Below the pieces are notes generated by a model that did not search any database, had not been told where the DNA came from, and worked only from the letters and a program-made list of their open reading frames with translations. Positions 42,221 through 49,742 of a stretch of 64,000 bases of DNA are shown here, in pieces. How positions within the stretch are numbered: the stretch's first letter is position 1; each line of letters begins with the position of its first letter. The position numbers were made by a program, and so were the translations under genes. Source of the stretch: an uncultured Chloroflexia bacterium (GTDB lineage: Bacteria; Chloroflexota; Limnocylindria; Limnocylindrales; CSP1-4). Location of the stretch: contig CAWEZH010000002.1 in assembly GCA_963813535.1 (NCBI GenBank), positions 288,001 through 352,000 on the forward strand. Direction: 5' to 3'.

Positions 42221-43113
42221 CGCTGCGACCGCGACAGCCGGGCCGCCGCCTCGCCCCAACGAAGGCCACCACCCGCCGTGCCCTCGGGACGGCCCCGGTC
42301 AGGCGTACACGCCGGATCCGACGCGCATCGGCCGGTCTCACACCGATCCGCGCCGGGGCCATCCTCGTGCTGCTGGTCGCCGCGTCGGCGATGTACGGCG
42401 TCGCCCAGTCGCCGGTCTTCGCGTACGTCAACACGACGGTCGAGGGTGCGGCCTTCACCGACGAGGCCCAGGTCCGCGACATGCTCGAGGACGCCCAGGG
42501 GGCGAACCTGTTCAGCCTCGTCACGCGACCGTACGAGGACCGCATCCGCGAGATCCCGACGGTCCGCTCGGTCGATATCGGCGTGCGCCTGCCCGATACG
42601 ATCGGGGTGCGTCTGCGCGAGCGGACGCCGATCCTCGTCTGGCGCGTGGGGGCGCGGCGCTACCTAGTCGATGGGGAGGGTCGGCTGTTCGCCCGGCTGC
42701 CAGAGGAGCCGCCGGCCGAGACGGCGCGACTGCCGGTCGTCGAGGACCGCCGTGCGGCGGCCGTCGGGCTATCGGTCGGTCGCTCGCTCGACCGGGTCGA
42801 CCTCGACGCCGCGACCCGGCTCGGGTCGCTGGTCCCGGCCGACGTGGGCAGCGCCGCCGAGCGGCTGGCCGTGTTCGTTACCGACGCGAGCGGCTTCACG
42901 GTCCGGACGCAGCCCGGGTCGTGGCAGGCGGTGTTCGGCTTCTACACGCCGACCCTCCGAACGCCTGAGCTGATCCCCGGACAGGTGCGACTGCTCCGCA
43001 GCCTGCTGATCGGCCGGGAGCCCCTCATCGACCAGGTGATCCTGGCATCCGAGACCGACGGGACCTACATCCCGAAGGAGACGCCGCTCCCCAGCGCGAC
43101 CCCGGCCTCGTGA
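42217..43113 (+). CDS. ftsQ: FtsQ/DivIB (POTRA) cell division protein
   Basis: Basic N-terminus, TM helix, NLF...LPDTI.V...ER.P...W....YLVD.EG. Confidence 0.85.
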   Translation: MTLRPRQPGRRLAPTKATTRRALGTAPVRRTRRIRRASAGLTPIRAGAILVLLVAASAMYGVAQSPVFAYVNTTVEGAAFTDEAQVRDMLEDAQGANLFSLVTRPYEDRIREIPTVRSVDIGVRLPDTIGVRLRERTPILVWRVGARRYLVDGEGRLFARLPEEPPAETARLPVVEDRRAAAVGLSVGRSLDRVDLDAATRLGSLVPADVGSAAERLAVFVTDASGFTVRTQPGSWQAVFGFYTPTLRTPELIPGQVRLLRSLLIGREPLIDQVILASETDGTYIPKETPLPSATPAS

Positions 43114-43153
43114 TAGCCTTGCCGAAACCAGACGGAGGAGGACGAGGGACCAC

Positions 43154-43477
43154 GTGCTGCTTCCCCTGCTTGGGCTCCTCGTGGGCGTCCTGGCGGGTCT
43201 CGTCCTCAACATCAACGTCGGCTTCGAACTCAGTCGCTATTCGGCCGTGGCGATCCTTGCCGCGCTCGACTCGGTGCTCGGAGCCGTGCGTGCGGAGCTC
43301 GATGGGGTCTACGACAATCGCATCTTCATCAGCGGCTTCCTGGTCAACGCGATCATCGCGGTCCTGCTGACATTCATCGGCGATCGACTCGGGCTGGACC
43401 TGTACCTGGTGGCCCTCATCACCTTTGGGCTTCGGATCTTCGACAACGTGGCACTCATCCGCCGGCATTTCCTCTAA
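43154..43477 (+). CDS. sbp: Small basic protein Sbp (DUF1290)
   Basis: YSAVAILAALDSVLGAVRA...FISGF..N...GDRLGLDLY...FGLRIFDNVALIRR. Confidence 0.88.
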   Translation: MLLPLLGLLVGVLAGLVLNINVGFELSRYSAVAILAALDSVLGAVRAELDGVYDNRIFISGFLVNAIIAVLLTFIGDRLGLDLYLVALITFGLRIFDNVALIRRHFL

Positions 43478-43507
43478 GCCGGCGCTAGAGGGAGGCGGAC
43501 GGACTAG

Positions 43508-44740
43508 GTGGAACGTGAAGCGGTCCTCGTCGGCATCGACGTCGGCACGAGCAAGGTCTGTGCCCTCATCGGTGAGGTGAGCCGCGACGGCCGACTGACG
43601 ATCATGGGCCACGGCACAGTCCCCGCCTCGGGCCTGAAGAAGGGCGTCGTCATCAACATCGACCAGACCGTCCACTCGATCGCTGAAGCGGTCGAGAAGG
43701 CCGAGCGGCTGTCGGGCTGGAAGATCGATCGCGCCTTCGTCGGCGTCGGCGGGCAGCACGTCGAGAGCCTCAACTCGCCGGGGCAGGTCGCGGTCACTGG
43801 CCACCATCGCGAGGTGAGTCGCGAGGACATCAACCGGGCGATCGACGTCGCGCGCGCCGTGCCGATCCCGTCGAACCGCGAGGTGCTCCACGTCGAGCGG
43901 CGCGGCTTCTCGGTCGACGGCCAGGAGGGCGTCAAGGACCCCATGGGGATGAGCGCGCTGCGGCTCGAGGTCGAGACGCACATCGTCACCGGCTCGGCGA
44001 CCGCGGTGACCAACCTGTCCAAGTGCGTAGCGGCGGCCGGCGTCAAGATCGACGAGCTGGTCGTGAACTCCCTGGCCTCGGCCGAGGCGGTGCTCAACGA
44101 GACCGAGAAGGACCTGGGCGTCGCCGTGGCCGACTTCGGGGCGGGCACGATCGACCTCGCGCTGTTCGAGGATGGCTCGCCGTTCCACACCCGCGTCCTG
44201 CCGATCGGCGGCAACAACGTGACCAACGACATCGCCGCCGTGCTCAAGACGACCCTCCAGACGGCCGAGGACCTGAAGATCAACCAGGGCTCGGCCGACC
44301 TGCGCTCGGTGACCGACGACGAGGAGATCAGCGTCAGCGTGCTGGGCGAGGACGCCGGGCGCACCGTGAGCCGGCTCGAGGTCTGTCAGGTCATCGAGGC
44401 GCGCATGCGCGAGACATTCGAGTTGCTGCGCAACGAGATCCGCGCCGCCGGCGTCCGCCAGCTGCCGGCCGGCGTGATCCTGACCGGCGGTTCGGCGCAG
44501 CTGTCGGGTATCGCGGAGCTCGGGCGTGACGTGCTCGAGATGCCGGTCCGGGTCGCTGCGCCGAACAACATCGGCGGGCTGGTGGACACGCTGCTCACCC
44601 CCGGCTACAGCACGAGCGTCGGGCTGCTCCAGTGGGGCGCGACCACACTCGTCGACGGCGAGCCCATCCGGTATGAGTCGGCGCCGGCGATGGGCGGGCT
44701 GGGCCGCATCCGCGACGCGCTCCGGAGCATCTTCCCGTAG
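43508..44740 (+). CDS. ftsA: Cell division protein FtsA
   Basis: GIDVGTSK, GLKKGVV, DFGAGT, GGNNVTND, LTGG and C-terminal amphipathic helix. Confidence 0.96.
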   Translation: MEREAVLVGIDVGTSKVCALIGEVSRDGRLTIMGHGTVPASGLKKGVVINIDQTVHSIAEAVEKAERLSGWKIDRAFVGVGGQHVESLNSPGQVAVTGHHREVSREDINRAIDVARAVPIPSNREVLHVERRGFSVDGQEGVKDPMGMSALRLEVETHIVTGSATAVTNLSKCVAAAGVKIDELVVNSLASAEAVLNETEKDLGVAVADFGAGTIDLALFEDGSPFHTRVLPIGGNNVTNDIAAVLKTTLQTAEDLKINQGSADLRSVTDDEEISVSVLGEDAGRTVSRLEVCQVIEARMRETFELLRNEIRAAGVRQLPAGVILTGGSAQLSGIAELGRDVLEMPVRVAAPNNIGGLVDTLLTPGYSTSVGLLQWGATTLVDGEPIRYESAPAMGGLGRIRDALRSIFP

Positions 44741-45150
44741 AGACGCGTCTGCTCACGGTCCGTACGGGGTCGGCCCGGGGGCTGGCGGACCTGACCGCGG
44801 CATGTGCCGCCTTCCTGGCCGACGTCAGTGCCGAGGACGGCCTGCTGTCGGTGTTCGTCCCCCACGCCACAGCCGGTGTGGTGGTCGTCGAGGTCGGCGC
44901 CGGCTCCGACGACGACCTGCTCGATGCGCTCGACCGCCTGCTGCCTCGGGAGGACCGGCTGTACCGGCATCGCCACGGCTCGCCCGGTCATGGGGCCGAC
45001 CACGTGCTGCCGCTGCTGGCGGCACCCTCGCTGACGATCCCGGTGATCGACGGGCGGGCCGCGCTCGGGACGTGGCAGTCGATCTGCCTGGTCGATCCGA
45101 ACGCGGACAACGCCGAGCGGACGGTGCGGCTGAGCTTCATCGCGGGGTAG
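44737..45150 (+). CDS. yjbQ: YjbQ/UPF0047 family protein (start codon non-canonical or uncertain)
   Basis: GLLSVFVPHATAG, YRH.H....GADH and LGTWQSICLVD. The N-terminus VETRLLTVRT lies upstream of the first GTG. Confidence 0.85.
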   Translation, partial: VETRLLTVRTGSARGLADLTAACAAFLADVSAEDGLLSVFVPHATAGVVVVEVGAGSDDDLLDALDRLLPREDRLYRHRHGSPGHGADHVLPLLAAPSLTIPVIDGRAALGTWQSICLVDPNADNAERTVRLSFIAG

Positions 45151-45371
45151 GTCGGAGCCCCGGCGGCCGAGTGGTGCCGCCTCGCACCGCGTACCGAACC
45201 CCTCCGCACGACACCAGGGTCGCCCGATGGTCGCTCCCTTTCCTCGGCGTTATACTCCCCGGACTCACGGACCCGTCCGTCACTCAGGCGCGGGCCCGTC
45301 CCCAGCGCGCGAGACCTGACACGACGATGACACCGCCCAGACCCCGCCGAGGGTCACCGGAGGAGAACCCG

Positions 45372-46601
45372 ATGCCGTTGCGTTCCGATTCCGAGAACTT
45401 CGCGTTGATCCGCGTCATCGGTGTCGGCGGCGGTGGCAGTAACGCCGTCAACCGGATGATCCGGGCCGAGATGATGGGCGTCGAGTTCATCGCCTGCAAT
45501 ACCGACGCCCAGGCCTTGCTCCAGTCGGATGCACCCCACAAGATCCGCATCGGTGACAAGGTCACCCGCGGGCTCGGGGCGGGTGGCGACGCGTCGATGG
45601 GCCAGCGCTCGGCCGAGGAGGACTCGGACAAGATCGCGTCGGCCCTCGCCGACTCGGACATGGTGTTCATCACGGCCGGGCTCGGCGGCGGGACCGGATC
45701 GGGTGCCGCTCCGATCGTGGCCCAGATCGCCAAGGATTCCGGCGCGCTGACGATCGGTGTGGTCACCAAGCCGTTCGCCTTCGAGGGCAACCGCCGCAAG
45801 CTGGTCGCCGAGAAGGCGGCCGAAGAGCTCAAGACGCAGGTCGACGCGCTGATCACGATCCCGAACGACCGGCTCAAGGACGTCGTCCAGAAGAACACGA
45901 GCATCCTCGACGCCTTCCGCGTCGTCGACGACGTGCTGCGTCAAGGCGTCCAGGGCATCAGCGACATCATCACGATGCCAGGGCTGATCAACCAGGACTT
46001 CGCCGACGTGCGGGCGATCATGAAGGACGCCGGCTCGGCGCTGATGGGCATCGGCCGGGCGAGCGGCGAGAACCGCGCCGTCGAGGCCGCCCAGGAGGCC
46101 ATCGCCAGCCCGCTGCTCGAGCTCGACATCCACGGTGCCCAGGGCATCCTGTGGAACATCACGGGCTCCTCGAACCTCTCGCTGTTCGAGGTCAACGAAG
46201 CGGCCGAGACCATCAAGGAAGCCGCCGACCCGGAGGCCAACATCATCTTCGGCACGAGCTTCAACGAGCGGCTCGGCGAGGAGGTCATGGTCACCGTCAT
46301 CGCGACCGGGTTCGACGGTGGCAAGCGGCGCCAGAGCGTCCATCGCGAGTCGACCGGTGTCATGGAAGGCGTCGCATCGTCGCGCGTGTCGCATGAGCGC
46401 GACTTCCTCCAGGAGCTCGAGCGTCAGCGCGAGCAGGGGACCGACGGCGCGTTCAGCTCGCCGTCGCGCGACGAGGAGGCGGCGGCGGTCGTCACCACGC
46501 CGCGCGTCGAGCGCACGGCCGGCGATACCGCCGCGGCACGCCGCGCCCCGGCGTACGACGCGGACGACCTCGAGATCCCGAGCTTCCTGCGCCGCAAGTG
46601 A
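45372..46601 (+). CDS. ftsZ: Cell division protein FtsZ
   Basis: GVGGGGSNAV, GLGGGTGSG, DFADV and C-terminal DDLEIPSFLRRK. SD GGAGGAG. Confidence 0.98.
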   Translation: MPLRSDSENFALIRVIGVGGGGSNAVNRMIRAEMMGVEFIACNTDAQALLQSDAPHKIRIGDKVTRGLGAGGDASMGQRSAEEDSDKIASALADSDMVFITAGLGGGTGSGAAPIVAQIAKDSGALTIGVVTKPFAFEGNRRKLVAEKAAEELKTQVDALITIPNDRLKDVVQKNTSILDAFRVVDDVLRQGVQGISDIITMPGLINQDFADVRAIMKDAGSALMGIGRASGENRAVEAAQEAIASPLLELDIHGAQGILWNITGSSNLSLFEVNEAAETIKEAADPEANIIFGTSFNERLGEEVMVTVIATGFDGGKRRQSVHRESTGVMEGVASSRVSHERDFLQELERQREQGTDGAFSSPSRDEEAAAVVTTPRVERTAGDTAAARRAPAYDADDLEIPSFLRRK

Positions 46602-46632
46602 TCCGCGCCGGCGCATGGCCGGCGACCCACCC

Positions 46633-47391
46633 ATGACCGAGCGACCGTCGGAGGTCGACGCCCTTCGCGAGGCGCATGTCACGGTCCAGGCCCGCATCGC
46701 GGCGGCATGTGCGCGTTCCGGACGCGACGCCGCCGACGTGACGCTGGTCGCGGTCTCCAAGACCATCGATGCCGCGCGTCTGCGATCGGCGGTCGAGGCC
46801 GGCATCACGACCCTCGGCGAGAATCGCGTCCAGGAGGGCGAGGCGAAGATCGGCGAGGTGCCCGGCGCACGCTGGCACCTGGTCGGCCCGCTGCAATCGA
46901 ACAAGGCCCGCCGCGCGCTCGAGACGTTCGACGTCATCGAGACGGTCGACTCGGTCGAGCTCGCCGAGCGACTCGACCGCCTCGCACGTGAGGCGCGCAG
47001 CGCCAGCGCCGCGGATCCCTACCCGGTCCTGCTCCAGGTCAATGTCGACGACGACCCGTCCAAGGCGGGCCTCGCCCCCGACGCTCTGCCCGCGGCGATC
47101 GACGCGATCGCCGAGCTCGGCGCCCTTGAGGTGCGCGGTCTGATGACGATCGGACGACTGGTCCCCGACGCCGAGGCGGCTCGTCCGACATTCGTCACCT
47201 TGCGCGAGCTGTCGAAGCGACTGCGCGCCAGCGCTCCCTCTCTCGGGCCCGAGCTATCGATGGGCATGACCGACGACTTCGAGGTCGCCGTCGAGGAGGG
47301 CGCCACGATCGTGCGCGTCGGTCGGGCGATCTTCGGGGAGCGGCCGCACCAGCACGAGCCGGGCGAGCCCGAGCATCGCCACGCACGCTAG
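46633..47391 (+). CDS. yggS: PLP homeostasis protein YggS
   Basis: LVAVSKT, GENRVQE, WHLVGPLQSNK, LSMGMTDDF and VRVGRAIFG. Confidence 0.95.
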   Translation: MTERPSEVDALREAHVTVQARIAAACARSGRDAADVTLVAVSKTIDAARLRSAVEAGITTLGENRVQEGEAKIGEVPGARWHLVGPLQSNKARRALETFDVIETVDSVELAERLDRLAREARSASAADPYPVLLQVNVDDDPSKAGLAPDALPAAIDAIAELGALEVRGLMTIGRLVPDAEAARPTFVTLRELSKRLRASAPSLGPELSMGMTDDFEVAVEEGATIVRVGRAIFGERPHQHEPGEPEHRHAR

Positions 47392-47423
47392 GGATCGGCC
47401 GAGGGGCTGGTAGACTCGGCGAC

Positions 47424-47669
47424 GTGCCTGGGGCATTCCTGACCAACTTCCTCCAGTTGCTGCTGATGGCGCTATGGGCACTGGTCTTCGGACGGATGAT
47501 CATGTCCTGGATCGACCCGACCGGTCGCCGACAGATCTCGAGCTTCCTCGTCTCGACGACCGAACCCATCCTTGCCCCCGTCCGCCGCATGCTGCCGCAG
47601 TCCGGGATGATCGACTGGTCGGGCTTCATCGTCCTGATCGTCCTCGGTCTCCTGTGGCGCGCCTTCTGA
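47424..47669 (+). CDS. YggT family membrane protein
   Basis: R.IMSW, TEPILAPVRRMLP and IDWS. Confidence 0.9.
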   Translation: MPGAFLTNFLQLLLMALWALVFGRMIMSWIDPTGRRQISSFLVSTTEPILAPVRRMLPQSGMIDWSGFIVLIVLGLLWRAF

Positions 47670-47673
47670 GGTC

Positions 47674-47955
47674 TTGAGTCCAAGCGACGTCCGTTTCGCC
47701 GTCCGTCTCACGCCGAGAGCTGCGCTTGACAGCATCGACGGCGTCGTTGATGGGATCCTCCGCGCGCGGGTCGGTGCGCCGGCCGTCGAGGGTGCGGCGA
47801 ACAACGCGCTGGTGCGCCTGATCGCCGACGAGCTCGGGGTCGGACGGAGCTCTGTCCGGATCGTCGCGGGTGCCTCGAGCCGGCAGAAGCTGGTCGTCGT
47901 CGACGGTGCCGATGCCGATGCGATCGTTGCCCGATGGCCGGGCCTGCGGGTATGA
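47674..47955 (+). CDS. DUF167/YggU family protein
   Basis: VRLTPRA...APAVEGAAN..L...IA..LGV..S.V.IVAG.SSR.K. Confidence 0.9.
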   Translation: MSPSDVRFAVRLTPRAALDSIDGVVDGILRARVGAPAVEGAANNALVRLIADELGVGRSSVRIVAGASSRQKLVVVDGADADAIVARWPGLRV

Positions 47956-48040
47956 TCACGATCCTCAGGCCGATGGCTCGCAGGAGCGTCGCCTCGGTCT
48001 TCGGAGCGTCGGGCATTGGTACCGCGCTCCCGCCGACATC

Positions 48041-48116
48041 GGGCGATTGGCTCAGTGGTTAGAGCACGCGGTTCACATCCGCGGGGTCACTGGTTCGAAT
48101 CCAGTATCGCCCACCA
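48041..48116 (+). tRNA. tRNA-Val (anticodon CAC)
   Basis: Acceptor stem GGGCGAT/ATCGCCC, anticodon arm CGCGG-TTCACAT-CCGCG, GGTTCGAATCC, encoded CCA. Confidence 0.97.
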
Positions 48117-48117
48117 C

Positions 48118-49404
48118 CTAGACGCCACCTGACACAGGGCCTTCGGGCCCTGTCGTCGTTTTCGCTGGACCTTCGATGGGGTCCGACGCGGCATTCTGCC
48201 GCCGGGCCAGGAGGACGAACGGGATGGCGAACGCGGAGATCACACCCGACACGACGTACGCGGGTCCGTAGCCGTACACGTCGGACACGCGTCCGAGCGC
48301 CGGCTGTGCGACCGCGCCGCCGATCGAGCCCATGAACGAATCGAAGGACAGCACCGTCGCCCGCTGCTCGGACGGGATGATCCCGTTGATGAAGGCCTGG
48401 CGGAGGGGTCCCTCGATGGCGAACACGAGCGCCCACACCGCGAGCAGGACCAGCGCCGCCACGAAGCTCGTCGTCCAGCCGATGACCATCAGGATCCCGA
48501 CGGTCGCCACGCTGCCGATCAGGATCGCGTCGGTCCGTCGCCGGAAGAGGCGTCGCGCGTACGGGACCAGGATGCCGCCGAGGATCTGGGCTCCGGCGAA
48601 CAACGCCGCGGCCAGACCGGCGACGCTGTACGCATTCGGGTCACCGTAGAGCTGCAGCAGGTACGGCTGGCTGGCGTAGAACGCGAAGAAGCCGACGCCG
48701 GCCGTGAACGGGGACGCGAGCATGAGGGCCCGCACCGGCGGGTTCCGCCAGCCTCCCTCGATCGAACCGTGGACGACGTTGCGGACCTCGGCGAGCGGGC
48801 TGGCGCCGCGCCGCGGGCTGAAGCCGACATCGTGCATGAACAGGAAGGCCACGACCAGCGTGACGCCCAGCATCCCGGCGCGAAGGATGTACGGCACGCC
48901 CAGATCGGTCACCTGGGCGACGACGCCACCCGCCACCGACCCGAACAGCATCGCCGCACCGGCGGCGGTCTGTGCCCGACCGAACACGGTCTCGAGCTGG
49001 CCTTGGTAGCCGGTGGCGCCCAGCGCGTCGACCAGCCAGGCCTCGGTGGCGCCCGAGAAGAACGTGAACCCGAGCCCGAGCAGCGCCGACGCGAGTGCCC
49101 AGCCGATGAAGGGCGCGTGGAGCTGCCACATGGCGAGATACAGGACCGTGGAGAGCAGCAGGGTCGCCGCACCGAGGAGATACGAGAAGCGTCGACCGCG
49201 GGTGTCGGCCACGACTCCTGTCGGGACTTCGAACAGGACCTGTCCGATGGCGAAGAACGCGTTGGCGGCGAACGCCTCCGTGTTGGACAGGCCGGCATCG
49301 AGCAGGAATAGCGTGTTGACGCCCCAGATGAACGACGTCGCGAGCGTCGTCAGGGTCGTCAGGACAAGGTAGGTGCGCTGGATGGTCTGGGCGGTCGGGA
49401 GCAT
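48118..49404 (-). CDS. MFS transporter
   Basis: FEVPTGVVADTRGRRFS motif A, about 12 TM helices, IPSEQRATVLS. Confidence 0.92.
   Translation of the reverse strand: MLPTAQTIQRTYLVLTTLTTLATSFIWGVNTLFLLDAGLSNTEAFAANAFFAIGQVLFEVPTGVVADTRGRRFSYLLGAATLLLSTVLYLAMWQLHAPFIGWALASALLGLGFTFFSGATEAWLVDALGATGYQGQLETVFGRAQTAAGAAMLFGSVAGGVVAQVTDLGVPYILRAGMLGVTLVVAFLFMHDVGFSPRRGASPLAEVRNVVHGSIEGGWRNPPVRALMLASPFTAGVGFFAFYASQPYLLQLYGDPNAYSVAGLAAALFAGAQILGGILVPYARRLFRRRTDAILIGSVATVGILMVIGWTTSFVAALVLLAVWALVFAIEGPLRQAFINGIIPSEQRATVLSFDSFMGSIGGAVAQPALGRVSDVYGYGPAYVVSGVISAFAIPFVLLARRQNAASDPIEGPAKTTTGPEGPVSGGV
48134..48162 (+). terminator. Intrinsic terminator of the tRNA transcript
   Basis: ACAGGGCC-TTCG-GGCCCTGT followed by CGTCGTTTT. 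Confidence 0.65.
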
Positions 49405-49484
49405 GCCTCCGGACTCTATCGCCCCCGAGGCCGCGAGGCGTCGGTCGGTGGCGTCACGCGGTCGGGGAGCGACGCGTCACACGG

Positions 49485-49549
49485 TCGATACGGCGACAAC
49501 CTCCTCCGCGGTGAAGCCCTCGGTCCTCCCCCGAGGGCTTCTTCGTTTT
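49485..49549 (+). ncRNA. Candidate small RNA with anti-SD motifs (5' end inferred)
   Basis: Plus-strand intrinsic terminator with no plus-strand gene upstream. CCTCCTCC and TCCTCCC motifs. ECF-like promoter at 49452-49478. Confidence 0.4.
49513..49549 (+). terminator. Intrinsic terminator (11-bp perfect stem plus U-rich tail)
   Basis: GAAGCCCTCGG-TCCTCCC-CCGAGGGCTTC-TTCGTTTT. Confidence 0.75.
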
Positions 49550-49568
49550 CTCGTCCCCGGCTGGACGA

Positions 49569-49729
49569 CGATCGCGGCGTTGGCGCCCTGCGCTCCTCGC
49601 TCACGCACTTCCGAGTGCGCTCGCTCTGGTGCTCGGGCGCCGCCTTGCGCTCGCCGCCCATCCGCCGGACGAGGGATCCGAAACAGGACCTCGATCGCTG
49701 CGTTGGCGCCCTGCTCCTCGCCCATCCGC
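49569..49729. repeat. REP/MITE-like element: one full copy and one internally deleted copy
   Basis: CGATCGC(G/T)GCGTTGGCGCCCTG..CTCCTCGC...CCATCCGC at 49569-49665 and 49692-49729. Confidence 0.65.
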
Positions 49730-49742
49730 GGGCGAGATCGGG

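Noticed and set aside
49477-49725. 82-aa minus-strand ORF with a repeated QGANAAI peptide
   Set aside because: The peptide repeat is a by-product of the DNA repeat element. No SD or recognisable homology.
48041-49742. Genomic island integrated at tRNA-Val
   Set aside because: No integrase, no duplicated tRNA 3' end and no obvious composition shift.
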